Source: Escherichia phage PBM-1. From it: 64,000 nt of DNA. Where the stretch lies: the sequence record PV029540; one strand, given 5' to 3'. Below are positions 9,659 through 19,426 of this stretch, one piece after another; position 1 is the stretch's first letter, and the number at the start of each line of letters is the position of its first letter. The position numbers and the translations under genes were made by a program. Below the pieces are notes generated by a model. It was not told where the DNA came from. It was given only the letters and a program-made list of their open reading frames with translations, and ran no database searches.

Positions 9659-10222
9659 TTATTTACCTAGTTTAGTTATTATAGCTTCTGCAGCAGCTTT
9701 TAGCTTAGATGCAGTGTTAATACGATTTTTAATTTCAGTATACGCATCGCCAAGAACATCAAGGCTATCAGAATAAACACTTACACTATTGCGTTCGCTA
9801 TTTGAAATAGAACCTTTAGTTTTACGATCAAAATCGGTGTACACGTCTTGAAGATCGCGGGCTGCCTTCTTTGCATCATCCAATGCATCAAGAGCTTTAT
9901 TCAAAGCATTAACGTATTTTTTAGTGTCGAACATATTCTTAGAAATTTTAACAGGTGCACGTTCAGGAGTAGCTAATACAGATTTAGGAACCTGAGCGCC
10001 AGATGCCAATTTCTTAGAAATTTTGAAAAATGCTTTATTGAATTTATTTTCTTGACTCATTGTAAAAGAACTATTATCGATGTTGTACATTTCAATAGCT
10101 TTAGCTTTCCACTTAAGAAAATCGCCGCGGTCTTTTGGGTCCAAGTGGAAGAATACTTTAGTAAGATCTGCTTCAGATGGTAATTTTGCTGCTTCGGTTA
10201 AAAATTCTGCATAGGTTTTCAT
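9659..10222 (-). CDS. internal-protein-like capsid-targeted protein (187 aa)
   Basis: N-terminal MKTYAEFLTEA matches the T4 capsid-targeting consensus; hairpin terminator downstream. Confidence 0.65.
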   Translation of the reverse strand: MKTYAEFLTEAAKLPSEADLTKVFFHLDPKDRGDFLKWKAKAIEMYNIDNSSFTMSQENKFNKAFFKISKKLASGAQVPKSVLATPERAPVKISKNMFDTKKYVNALNKALDALDDAKKAARDLQDVYTDFDRKTKGSISNSERNSVSVYSDSLDVLGDAYTEIKNRINTASKLKAAAEAIITKLGK

Positions 10223-10312
10223 TTAAAATCCTTGAAATAATCTATCGGTTGGTTATTAATTATTTATTACTTTGTTATTATCCGTAACAGCGTTATCCGA
10301 GTGATTCAAACT

Positions 10313-10340
10313 AAAAAGCCCCAACCTTTCGGCTGGGGCT
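10313..10340 (-). terminator. rho-independent terminator
   Basis: Minus strand AGCCCCAGCC-GAAAGG-TTGGGGCT hairpin followed by TTTTT. Confidence 0.6.
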
Positions 10341-10347
10341 AAGAATG

Positions 10348-10821
10348 TTATTTGATTTGTTTAGCAGACCAAATGCGGTCTTTAATAATTTTTTGGATGT
10401 CTTCAACATACTCAAGAGAGTGAACATGTGGGTTATCTTTGAAACTATAAGCACGGGCTAACTTTTGGCCTTCGGTTTTGATTACTAAAAGCTCTTTAAG
10501 GATAGCTTCATATTTAGCGATAATTCCTTTAACGATATTTTTTTCTTGTGCAGCTTTAGGATCTGCTTTAGGAGCAGGTTTACCCGAAGCCTTTGCAAAA
10601 GCAGCGCCAGTAGCAACTAAACTTTTCCAGGCCATACTAACTGCATTTCCCGTAAATCCTTCTGCTTTCATGTCGCGAGCAAACTGGAATCGTGATTCGT
10701 CAGAAGCATCTTTATAGGAATATTTACCCGCTGCAATGGCTGCTTTTGCGACAGCTTGAATTTCGGTGCTAGATGCTTCATTTAACACCGCTTCATTTAA
10801 AAATTGAGCATATGATTTCAT
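10348..10821 (-). CDS. internal-protein-like capsid-targeted protein (157 aa)
   Basis: N-terminal MKSYAQFLNEA capsid-targeting-like sequence; late-promoter TATAAATA upstream on minus strand; hairpin terminator downstream. Confidence 0.65.
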   Translation of the reverse strand: MKSYAQFLNEAVLNEASSTEIQAVAKAAIAAGKYSYKDASDESRFQFARDMKAEGFTGNAVSMAWKSLVATGAAFAKASGKPAPKADPKAAQEKNIVKGIIAKYEAILKELLVIKTEGQKLARAYSFKDNPHVHSLEYVEDIQKIIKDRIWSAKQIK

Positions 10822-10851
10822 CTTATTTCCTGTTTTAATTCGTGGATTTAA

Positions 10852-10859
10852 TATACTAC
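10852..10859 (-). promoter_or_regulatory. late promoter (TATAAATA) upstream of IP-like gene 10348-10821
   Basis: Exact TATAAATA on minus strand ~35 nt upstream of the ATG. Confidence 0.5.
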
Positions 10860-10872
10860 TGTATTTATACTA

Positions 10873-10900
10873 AAAAGCCCCAACCTTTCGGTCGGGGCTA
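10873..10900 (-). terminator. rho-independent terminator after the tRNA/stable-RNA transcript
   Basis: Minus strand GC hairpin (GCCCCGACC..GGTTGGGGC) followed by TTTTT. Confidence 0.6.
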
Positions 10901-11210
10901 AGCCTTGCGGCAACCTTGTCGGGGTTCCACCTGCTAAGGCAAGTGTTTGTACGAAACGCCGGGATTCGAACCCGGTTATTAAGCAGTTGACGCTACTCAA
11001 TATTTTTAAAAGGCCATATCTCGACCATATCCGAACGTTCCGTCAAAAACGCTACTCGGCTTACGGCAAAGATATTTCCTCGAATCGATAATTCTGCGCG
11101 CCGTTTCTGCTGTGATGTAAGGGGACATTAACAGATCATAAAGATTTGTTAATGCCAGTCCTTACCCAGGGAACATCAGTCCGACGACTTACCGGTAGCG
11201 ACCCGGTTTC
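10900..11210 (-). ncRNA. possible small stable RNA(s) or degenerate tRNA downstream of the tRNA cluster
   Basis: ~300 nt without ORFs between gene 11211-11561 and a terminator; tRNA T-arm-like CCGGG-TTCGAAT-CCCGG near 10959-10975 but no complete cloverleaf found. Confidence 0.3.
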
Positions 11211-11561
11211 TTAATATTCTTTTAAAGCATCAATCTGTTCACGGCGTTTACGCCATAAATCAATTACTTCATACGCAGATTCAGCATTTCGAATTGGACG
11301 GCATTTATATAAAGACTTGTGATTTTGATATTGCGTAGATAATGGAATTTTATCTAAAAGGTCTTTACGTTCAAAGTATTCGTAACCATCTAAGCCAAAT
11401 GAACGATTTTTGAGAAATTGCCAATGACCATATTCGTTTTCGACATAAACATAATCCGCGTGTTGATAAAGCAAATTAATTACACGTTCAGAAATAATAG
11501 TGTCATTGTGATTAAAATAAAATGTTAAATCATGAACTACTAAATAAACATTACCTTTCAT
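11211..11561 (-). CDS. hypothetical protein (116 aa)
   Basis: ORF just downstream of tRNA cluster in transcription direction. Confidence 0.45.
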   Translation of the reverse strand: MKGNVYLVVHDLTFYFNHNDTIISERVINLLYQHADYVYVENEYGHWQFLKNRSFGLDGYEYFERKDLLDKIPLSTQYQNHKSLYKCRPIRNAESAYEVIDLWRKRREQIDALKEY

Positions 11562-11577
11562 ATTTTCCTCACTTAAT

Positions 11578-11653
11578 TGGTCGAGGCAGTAGGGATCGAA
11601 CCTACGACCTAGGACTTAGAAGGTCCTTGCTCTTCCTTCTGAGCTATGCCCCG
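11578..11653 (-). tRNA. tRNA-Arg (anticodon TCT)
   Basis: Manual cloverleaf: acceptor CGGGGCA/TGCCTCG, anticodon stem AGGAC/GTCCT, loop CTTCTAA, T-loop TTCGATC, encoded CCA. Confidence 0.75.
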
Positions 11654-11657
11654 TAAT

Positions 11658-11733
11658 TGGGGTGACCGATGGGAGTCGAACCCATGACTACGAGAATCAC
11701 AATCTCGAGTTCTACCAACTGAACTACGGCCAC
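11658..11733 (-). tRNA. tRNA-His (anticodon GTG)
   Basis: Manual cloverleaf: anticodon stem CGAGA/TCTCG, loop TTGTGAT, T-arm ATGGG-TTCGACT-CCCAT, encoded CCA. Confidence 0.7.
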
Positions 11734-11846
11734 ATTAATACCTACTCCAACAATCAAGATGTCTTCACACGAAATTAAGAGAAGAGTGATCAGTTCAACC
11801 CTATAATCGCGTCAAGTAGATATTAATGTGACAGTTGTCACAAATT

Positions 11847-11922
11847 TGGCGGACGTGATAGGATTCGAACCTATAACCAATCGCTTAACAGGCGATCGCT
11901 CTGCCATTGAGCTACACATCCA
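11847..11922 (-). tRNA. tRNA-Asn (anticodon GTT)
   Basis: Manual cloverleaf: anticodon stem ATCGC/GCGAT, loop CTGTTAA, T-arm ATAGG-TTCGAAT-CCTAT, encoded CCA. Confidence 0.7.
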
Positions 11923-11926
11923 AATT

Positions 11927-12012
11927 GGTGGGGAGTGATGGAGTCGAACCACCCGAGTCGCAATGACAATGGATTTACAGTCCACACCGCTACCTCTACG
12001 GGATAACTCCCC
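11927..12012 (-). tRNA. tRNA-Tyr (anticodon GTA), long variable arm
   Basis: Manual cloverleaf: acceptor GGGGAGT/ACTCCCC, anticodon loop CTGTAAA, ~86 nt. Confidence 0.7.
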
Positions 12013-12018
12013 TTAATT

Positions 12019-12093
12019 TGGTGGCCCTGGGTGGAATTGAACCACCATCTGGCGATTATGAGTCGCTTGCTTGAACCTTCCAGCTACAGGGCC
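12019..12093 (-). tRNA. tRNA-Met or Ile2 (anticodon CAT)
   Basis: Manual cloverleaf: acceptor GGCCCTG/CAGGGCC, anticodon loop CTCATAA; not initiator-like. Confidence 0.65.
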
Positions 12094-12094
12094 T

Positions 12095-12170
12095 TGGTGC
12101 TGATTGACGGAATCGAACCGCCGACCTTCTCATTACAAGTGAGTTGCTCTACCTACTGAGCTAAATCAGC
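12095..12170 (-). tRNA. tRNA-Thr (anticodon TGT)
   Basis: Manual cloverleaf: acceptor GCTGATT/AATCAGC, anticodon loop CTTGTAA. Confidence 0.7.
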
Positions 12171-12175
12171 AAAAC

Positions 12176-12265
12176 TGGCGGAGGCGATAGGATTTGAACC
12201 TATGAGTCGCCGGAGCGACTGCCGGTTTTCAAGACCGGTGCATTAAACCACTCTGCCACGCCTCC
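12176..12265 (-). tRNA. tRNA-Ser (anticodon TGA), long variable arm
   Basis: Manual cloverleaf: anticodon stem CCGGT/ACCGG, loop CTTGAAA, ~90 nt. Confidence 0.7.
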
Positions 12266-12271
12266 AAATAT

Positions 12272-12880
12272 TTATATATTGTTAATTTGATTTAGAATTC
12301 TTTTTGCTTGAGTATGACTTACGCCAATATGCTTAGCATATTTAGATAATTCGCCTCGTTTAGAAAAATCATATAATTTAGAAATTTCTATTCTTCTTTT
12401 TCTTTCATCCGCAGAAACTTTTGCTTCGTTTGCTTTTGCTATTTTACGTTTAGCTTCTTGAGAATGAGTTTTACCAGCAAAGCCATTCTTCATTAATCCA
12501 TTTGAAGACCATCCTTTTAATTTTCCGTTAGAATGTGCCTTTTTAACACCCAATGAAATTAATTCACGTTGCTGATCTGTCATAGGATAATTATTTATAT
12601 GATCCCATCCACCTTCACCACCAAGTTTTAAATTATACACATCTGATCTATTTAAAAACTCTTCTGTGACAATATTTTTCTCGGCTTCAAGCATAGATTC
12701 TTTATCATCAAAATACTCTAATATTTCTTTAGAAAAATTTTCTATACCATACTTATCTTGGGCTCTTTTTAATAATTTACCGGAACCCATATATCCATCA
12801 TCTAAATTTTCGGTAGAATGCACACCAATATAAATTTTATTATTAATTTTATTTGTTATTTTATAAAGATAAAAATGCAT
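12272..12880 (-). CDS. GIY-YIG homing endonuclease (SegB-like)
   Basis: ORF 12272-12922; GIY-YIG motif YLYKITNKINNKIYIGVHS near N-terminus if started at Met15; embedded in tRNA cluster as segB is in T4. Confidence 0.75.
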   Translation of the reverse strand: MHFYLYKITNKINNKIYIGVHSTENLDDGYMGSGKLLKRAQDKYGIENFSKEILEYFDDKESMLEAEKNIVTEEFLNRSDVYNLKLGGEGGWDHINNYPMTDQQRELISLGVKKAHSNGKLKGWSSNGLMKNGFAGKTHSQEAKRKIAKANEAKVSADERKRRIEISKLYDFSKRGELSKYAKHIGVSHTQAKRILNQINNI

Positions 12881-12926
12881 ATCAGTCCCTAATAAAGAAC
12901 TGAGCGTCTCACGACGAGTCATAAAT

Positions 12927-12981
<55 letters not shown>

Positions 12982-12995
12982 GCCATTATACGATA

Positions 12996-13082
12996 TCCGC
13001 AAATTTGGTGCGAGAAGTGGGACTCGAACCCACAAGGAAATCATTCCGCAGCATTTTAAGTGCTGTGCCTTTACCAATTTGA
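12996..13082 (-). tRNA. tRNA-Leu (anticodon TAA), long variable arm
   Basis: Manual cloverleaf: acceptor GCGAGAA/TTCTCGC, anticodon stem CAGCA/TGCTG, loop CTTAAAA, T-arm GTGGG-TTCGAGT-CCCAC; lies under the spurious plus ORF 12926-13225. Confidence 0.7.
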
Positions 13083-13098
13083 CCATTCTCGCGCTATA

Positions 13099-13707
13099 TT
13101 ATTTATTACGTGAAAAAGATTGTTCTATCAGCTCTGGACACTTTCGTTCTATCCATTTTCTAGCTTTTTGTGGGCTTATACCTATTATTTTAGCAGCTTT
13201 ACTAACCCATCCAAATTTAGAATAATCAATTTTAACTAATTCTTCGTAAATTTCATCAGTTAAAATGTTTTCATTAATATTTACCAGTAAATGATATAAT
13301 TTATTATCATTAGCAATTTTAATGAATCTTTTATAGTTTCCGCCTTTACTTAAACCTAATGAAGTAATTGCAGATGATATAGTAGCCGAATTTAATAATG
13401 CGTTTAAAATTTCTTCATCACTAACATTATAACGCTTTTTATTATTTTTAATATTTTTACCAGCAAAAGTATCAGTTTGCGAATGGCAATTTGGACATAA
13501 TAATCTTAAATTTGATTTAAGATGATTTTTATTATTTCCGTCAATATGGTCTAATTGCAGAACAATATGTTTATTTTGCCATTTTGAAATTTTACAAATT
13601 GCGCACTCATATGGAAAAATATTTTCTTTTATTATTTTATCTTTCAGCTTTCCTGTACTAAAATTTGGATGTTTTCCTTCAAAAATTTCAGCTAATTTAG
13701 TATCCAT
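13099..13707 (-). CDS. HNH homing endonuclease
   Basis: ORF 13099-13731 (first codon TTG); HNH/zinc-finger signature CAICK...LQLDHIDGNNKNH...CPNCH. Confidence 0.7.
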   Translation of the reverse strand: MDTKLAEIFEGKHPNFSTGKLKDKIIKENIFPYECAICKISKWQNKHIVLQLDHIDGNNKNHLKSNLRLLCPNCHSQTDTFAGKNIKNNKKRYNVSDEEILNALLNSATISSAITSLGLSKGGNYKRFIKIANDNKLYHLLVNINENILTDEIYEELVKIDYSKFGWVSKAAKIIGISPQKARKWIERKCPELIEQSFSRNK

Positions 13708-13817
13708 AATATGATTCCCAATTATTAACAAAGGCTCTTAAGCAAGAACCCTTGATGATAGAGGGTATTAATCAGTACGGTATGAGTTAATAATAACAAA
13801 TAATTCTTAAAGCATAT

Positions 13818-14111
13818 TTACCATTTATGATAATACATATTTACGATGCATTCAAGATCTAAAGGATTCTTGAAAATATCATATTCAAGAGGACCTTTTT
13901 CCGTTTCAATAAAGAAATCAAAGTTAACTGTGTTAAATTTACGGTCTTCCTTCACTAATTTAACTTGAGAAGATGAACGGTCAATGTAAACCTTTTCAAC
14001 TTCAAAACATGTTAAAATGCCATAATCATCAATCAAGGCTTTAGCCGCGTCTTGATCATATTTATATCCATTTTCAATAGACGATACTTTAGCATAAAGA
14101 ATCATCATCAA
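13818..14111 (-). CDS. hypothetical protein (97 aa)
   Basis: ORF; ATGA coupling with upstream gene. Confidence 0.5.
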   Translation of the reverse strand: MMMILYAKVSSIENGYKYDQDAAKALIDDYGILTCFEVEKVYIDRSSSQVKLVKEDRKFNTVNFDFFIETEKGPLEYDIFKNPLDLECIVNMYYHKW

Positions 14112-14515
14112 CCTCTATCAACAATAGCATGAGTATGGGCATTTACGATTTGCCACCAGTCGAAACGATTAGAACCGTATTCTGGTTTATTTTCATTTTC
14201 TTTAATGATATCACGCAGTTTATCTTCCGTTTCAGCATACGCAATTAAATCATCATATCCACCGCAAGGATAATAATTATCACCTGCGAATAAAAGAAAA
14301 TTTACCTTAGATGGGTTTACGTAATAATGGTCTTTAGGATATTTAGTTCCTCTCCAATCAGTTACTTCAACATAACGATAAGAAAATCCATTTTTACTTT
14401 CAATCCAACTCCACGCTTCAAAAGGAGTATTAAAAACTTTATCAGGTATTAAATTACCTTCAAAATGAGAAGGATTTGCATAATCCCCAGCATAAACATA
14501 ATATTCGTTACTCAT
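14108..14515 (-). CDS. hypothetical protein (135 aa)
   Basis: ORF; aromatic-rich, no recognisable motif. Confidence 0.5.
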   Translation of the reverse strand: MSNEYYVYAGDYANPSHFEGNLIPDKVFNTPFEAWSWIESKNGFSYRYVEVTDWRGTKYPKDHYYVNPSKVNFLLFAGDNYYPCGGYDDLIAYAETEDKLRDIIKENENKPEYGSNRFDWWQIVNAHTHAIVDRG

Positions 14516-14701
14516 TTATTCACCTTTAGAAATTTTATCCATAACGATAGCAATTAAACCAATTAAAAATGCTACTACAAGTGAAAAAACATTTTCTGCC
14601 GTAGTCAATAATCCGCATATAAATCCAACAAACATTGAAAAACTGAAAGCGGAAGCAGAAATTGCAATAGCAACATTTCGAATTAATTCACAACGTTTCA
14701 T
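14516..14701 (-). CDS. small hydrophobic membrane protein (~61 aa)
   Basis: ORF 14516-14806; upstream part is a promoter element; start at Met36 with GAGGAG SD. Confidence 0.4.
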   Translation of the reverse strand: MKRCELIRNVAIAISASAFSFSMFVGFICGLLTTAENVFSLVVAFLIGLIAIVMDKISKGE

Positions 14702-14710
14702 TTTATTCTC

Positions 14711-14770
14711 CTCAGTAGTTGATAGGGTAATAGTATCACTACCCCATCTAAAAGTAAACTTATTTTTTAC
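14711..14770 (-). promoter_or_regulatory. T4-type early promoter
   Basis: Minus strand GTTTAC-N18-TACTAT upstream of small membrane ORF. Confidence 0.5.
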
Positions 14771-14993
14771 GAAAAATTGATTTATTTTCTGCTGCCCATT
14801 TTTCAATAACTACAGCAGGACCAGTAACAACAATTTTATCACCGTAATCTTCTGCGGCGAGTTGACCGAAATTATCTAATGCATCACGAAGAACTCCATG
14901 AGGCATTTCACCCATTTTATCTTTCTTGCCGGTGTAAATAAACTCAACTTTTACATCAGAAGATTCAGCGATAAACTCTTTGAAAGTTTTCAT
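14760..14993 (-). CDS. internal-protein-like capsid-targeted protein (~77 aa)
   Basis: N-terminal MKTFKEFIAES capsid-targeting-like sequence from Met5; conserved early promoter upstream. Confidence 0.6.
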   Translation of the reverse strand: MKTFKEFIAESSDVKVEFIYTGKKDKMGEMPHGVLRDALDNFGQLAAEDYGDKIVVTGPAVVIEKWAAENKSIFRKK

Positions 14994-15019
14994 TTTAGTT
15001 TCCATTCGATTGTTTTGTT

Positions 15020-15080
15020 TTGATAGGGTAATAGTATCACAACTAAAACCCTATGTAAACAACTTTGTGAAATTATTTTA
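15020..15080 (-). promoter_or_regulatory. T4-type early promoter
   Basis: Minus strand GTTTACA-N17-TACTAT upstream of IP-like gene; shares ~30 nt with 15350-15410. Confidence 0.5.
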
Positions 15081-15330
15081 AATCTTCTAATCGTTTCTTC
15101 ATCTTAGAACCATTTTTAGCAATTTCTCCTGCATCGGAGCATAACGCTAAAAGTGCTTTAACTTTAGTTTGGTCTCCTTTAAAAGATGAAGGATCGACTG
15201 CAGCAGCAAGTTCTTTAATACGAGAGAAAAGACGCTCAGCTTCAGCTAAAGCCATTCCAAGCTTTACTTCCATACCGTGGGAAGATTCAGTGATAGTAGT
15301 TTTTGCAGCAAACTCTTTGAAAGTTTTCAT
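15073..15330 (-). CDS. internal-protein-like capsid-targeted protein (85 aa)
   Basis: N-terminal MKTFKEFAAKT capsid-targeting-like sequence; conserved early promoter upstream, near-duplicate of the one at 15020-15080. Confidence 0.6.
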   Translation of the reverse strand: MKTFKEFAAKTTITESSHGMEVKLGMALAEAERLFSRIKELAAAVDPSSFKGDQTKVKALLALCSDAGEIAKNGSKMKKRLEDLK

Positions 15331-15349
15331 TTTATTTTCCTAATTAATT

Positions 15350-16099
<750 letters not shown>

Positions 16100-16100
<1 letters not shown>

Positions 16101-16825
16101 TATAGTACCTTTAGTGTATTTTTAATTTTAGAAAAAAGTTCTTCAAGAGAACCATCGTTTGTAATTACTAAATCGCCATCACGAATTGGCAATCCAGCTT
16201 CTGTAATATGAGTATCATTGGATTTTTGACCAGGACGAACTACATGAATTACTGTAGCACCCATCGCCCTAGCCGCATCCATTTCATGATCTTGACGAGT
16301 ATCAGGAACGATATAATAATCATAACCTGAGTTAAATTTATCAAGATAATCTAAAGCAAATAATTTTACCCAATACATGCGGTCGAAGTTATTAACAATC
16401 AAATCCGTACCTAGGGCTTGCATCAGACGACGGACTGACCATTGATCTTCAATATTATTTATAATGTCAGTAATCTTGTTAAATGCTACGAAATTAATTG
16501 ATTCTTTTCCTTCGTCATCAAAAACAAACACACCTTTAATTGGGCTTTTACTATTAAGATAGCAAAATGCTTGTTCCATAATCGTAATTACTTCTAATTT
16601 AGTCAGATTTAAATTAGTCTCACGATCATAGTCAATTCCTTCAAACTCTTTACGAGTTAAACAAGGATAGTCAGTGTTTGCTGCAAATACGCCCCATGCA
16701 TAAGCCAATGCATCCTTAATAGGACCAGCAAGTTGATATTTAGCTGCAGAATAATTATTCATGATAAAATCTGCAGTAGTATCTTTTCCACTACGCTTTA
16801 CACCACTTAAAAAGATTAGTTTCAT
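16100..16825 (-). CDS. 1: deoxynucleoside monophosphate kinase
   Basis: 241 aa; P-loop GVKRSGKDT; matches T4 gp1. Confidence 0.9.
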
Positions 16826-16874
16826 ATGTTTCTCCTCAAATTTAGTTAAGATTATAACACATGAAACTGAAGCA

Positions 16875-17405
16875 TTAAACTTCTGCTATAATTTTACCAT
16901 CTTTTTCTACTTGAAAATACGTATAAGGAATCGTTGCTGTGCATACTAAAGCTGGGTCTGAATCTTCCGTGTAGCTAAATTCTACTTCAGATAGGTCAGA
17001 AACCCAGGGCTTATAAAAATTTATTGACATCACGATTTCAGTTTTACTATTATCTAAAATGTAAAGCGTAATGTATTCAGGACCTGTTTTTTGGGCAGTA
17101 TTTTCACCTGTAAGATAGTTACTAGTTCCTAGCATCCATTCATACATTCCTATCCACGACTTAAGCTCTTCATCAACTATAAATCTCACGATGAGTGGAT
17201 CGTATTCAAATGTAACTCCTGGACGTTGTGCTCTGCCTAGTCCAAACGGCCCAGTCACGGTATCAGTAACAGGTATCCTAATTCCTGGAATAGGAACTGA
17301 CTGAGCATTTAAAGTAAAAGCAGATGTAGTGTTACTATGTGGTATTGATACTACAAAGTTAGTTGTATTTGCTTGGTTAAAAATTTGTTGCAGTGCTTGC
17401 GACAT
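16875..17405 (-). CDS. 3: gp3 tail tube terminator / tail completion protein
   Basis: ORF 16875-17486; 176 aa from Met28 (MSQALQQIF...) with GAGGA SD. Confidence 0.8.
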   Translation of the reverse strand: MSQALQQIFNQANTTNFVVSIPHSNTTSAFTLNAQSVPIPGIRIPVTDTVTGPFGLGRAQRPGVTFEYDPLIVRFIVDEELKSWIGMYEWMLGTSNYLTGENTAQKTGPEYITLYILDNSKTEIVMSINFYKPWVSDLSEVEFSYTEDSDPALVCTATIPYTYFQVEKDGKIIAEV

Positions 17406-17511
17406 ATATTCCTCATAATGCTTTATAAATGTTGGTGGTATAATGGGTCTAAGTCCCTTCCATTCAATTCCAATTAGAACAAACAATAGAAAAGAATGGA
17501 AGATAATAGAA

Positions 17512-18336
17512 TTAGATATTTGACCAGACTTTGTTTGCAGAGAAACGTTTTCCTTTTGAAACGAACTGCTGAAGTGGCATTAACACAACGTTCGCCCAGT
17601 CTTTCGGGGCGATTTCAACAAGGCTACCCATAATATTACCAGGTATATATGCCTTAATCATTTGGTCTGCACCTCTAAATCCTTTCACTTGACTCCAATC
17701 AATTTTTAATTTCGTTTTATTAGTAATAGTAGGTGTATTTGAATATTGCTTTAAAAGCTCTTCTAGAAATTGCTGACGAGCTTTAGGTGGAATATAGTGC
17801 AAGTTCAATCCATACATTAAATTATGTTTACCTAAACCAAGGTAAATTATCAAAGGAAATTTATCCCAGTAAGGAAGAGTTTCCTTGTGTTTAGCATCAT
17901 AAGCAAAAGCATATATTCGTCCCGGCTGCGGGCGAACAACTTTATGTCCTTTTACTTGCTTAATAGTTTCAGCAAACCACTTTCTGGTTTTATTATTAAT
18001 TGCTGCGCCTTCATTACGAATTTTATCACGCAATGTTTGCCTGAATGAATTTATCATAAGCAGTTGTCTTTCTTGCTTATTGAGTTTATTCATTGGTTTT
18101 GATTCAAGCTTTTGAATCTTTTCAGCTGTTTTAATTCCTGAAGCATATTTTGACATTGCCGAAGTAAACGTAGAGTATTTGATTCCTCTTTCTTCAGCAA
18201 ATTTCTTTCCTGTCATTCCTTTTGCTTTGGCCTTTTTGTATTCAAGACCTATCTGAATCCATTTCTTTTCGTTTAATGATTGCTTAACCTTTGGAACTTG
18301 GGGAGTGCTTTCATTAATTATTTGAAAAATAGCCAT
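17512..18336 (-). CDS. 2: gp2 DNA end protector
   Basis: 274 aa, size and position as in T4. Confidence 0.8.
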   Translation of the reverse strand: MAIFQIINESTPQVPKVKQSLNEKKWIQIGLEYKKAKAKGMTGKKFAEERGIKYSTFTSAMSKYASGIKTAEKIQKLESKPMNKLNKQERQLLMINSFRQTLRDKIRNEGAAINNKTRKWFAETIKQVKGHKVVRPQPGRIYAFAYDAKHKETLPYWDKFPLIIYLGLGKHNLMYGLNLHYIPPKARQQFLEELLKQYSNTPTITNKTKLKIDWSQVKGFRGADQMIKAYIPGNIMGSLVEIAPKDWANVVLMPLQQFVSKGKRFSANKVWSNI

Positions 18337-18788
18337 TATGCCCCCTTAAAGCCAAGAGCTCGTAATCCATCTTCTGTTAAAATTCTAAATTTTATTCCAC
18401 GCTTTTCAGCTAAAGATTGCGCTGCTTTCCATTTGTCAGTATTAACGGAATATGTATAAATTTCATTCATAAATCTTTTCTTCGCTGCAGTTGTTAGATG
18501 TGCCGGTTTAACTGGTGGTTGTGTTTCTTTTTTAGGTTTTATTTCAATAAAAAATTCTTGTCCAGAAGAATCTTTCATCCAAATATCCATGAAGTATCTA
18601 CGTTTTTTCCCTTCTGCATTACAAAAATAAGGAATTACTGCTGTTTCACTACCCCATGCAATAATTTCTGGATTTTTATCTAACCATTCAAAAAAGAATT
18701 TTTCCCAATTTGATCTATACGTAATTTTTTTAGGGTCACCTCTATATTTTGATATATTTTTAGGAACCCATTTTCCAGAATATGCCAT
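18336..18788 (-). CDS. 4: gp4 head completion protein
   Basis: 150 aa, size and position as in T4. Confidence 0.8.
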   Translation of the reverse strand: MAYSGKWVPKNISKYRGDPKKITYRSNWEKFFFEWLDKNPEIIAWGSETAVIPYFCNAEGKKRRYFMDIWMKDSSGQEFFIEIKPKKETQPPVKPAHLTTAAKKRFMNEIYTYSVNTDKWKAAQSLAEKRGIKFRILTEDGLRALGFKGA

Positions 18789-18799
18789 TGGATTCTCCT

Positions 18800-18807
18800 T
18801 ATAAATA
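18800..18807 (+). promoter_or_regulatory. late promoter (TATAAATA) for gene 53
   Basis: Exact TATAAATA ~30 nt upstream of gene 53. Confidence 0.6.
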
Positions 18808-18814
18808 GATAATA

Positions 18815-18822
18815 TATTTATA
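18815..18822 (-). promoter_or_regulatory. late promoter (TATAAATA) for genes 4-2-3
   Basis: Exact TATAAATA on minus strand in the divergent 4/53 intergenic region. Confidence 0.55.
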
Positions 18823-18835
18823 AACAGGAGGGCCC

Positions 18836-19426
18836 ATGCTCTTTACATTTTTTGATCCGATTGAATATGCGGCCAAAACGGTGAATAAAAACGCGCCGAC
18901 TATTCCTATGACAGATATTTTTAGAAACTATAAAGACTATTTCAAACGTGCTCTTGCGGGATACCGCTTACGTACTTATTATATTAAAGGTTCACCGCGC
19001 CCGGAAGAATTAGCAAATGCTATATATGGAAATCCGCAGTTGTATTGGGTTTTATTGATGTGTAATGATAATTATGATCCGTATTATGGATGGATTACTT
19101 CGCAAGAAGCTGCTTATCAAGCATCTATACAAAAATACAAAAACGTAGGTGGAGACCAAATAGTATATCATGTGAATGAAAACGGTGAAAAATTTTATAA
19201 TTTAGTATCATACGATGATAATCCATATGTTTGGTATGACAAAGGCGATAAAGCTAGAAAATATCCTCAATATGAAGGAGCACTTGCTGCGGTCGATACG
19301 TATGAAGCTGCTGTTCTTGAAAATGAAAAACTTCGTCAAATAAAAATAATAGCAAAATCAGACATCAATTCATTTATGAACGACCTTATACGTATAATGG
19401 AGAAATCTTATGGAAATGATAAGTAA
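18836..19426 (+). CDS. 53: gp53 baseplate wedge protein
   Basis: 196 aa; late promoter upstream; precedes gene 5. Confidence 0.9.
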   Translation: MLFTFFDPIEYAAKTVNKNAPTIPMTDIFRNYKDYFKRALAGYRLRTYYIKGSPRPEELANAIYGNPQLYWVLLMCNDNYDPYYGWITSQEAAYQASIQKYKNVGGDQIVYHVNENGEKFYNLVSYDDNPYVWYDKGDKARKYPQYEGALAAVDTYEAAVLENEKLRQIKIIAKSDINSFMNDLIRIMEKSYGNDK

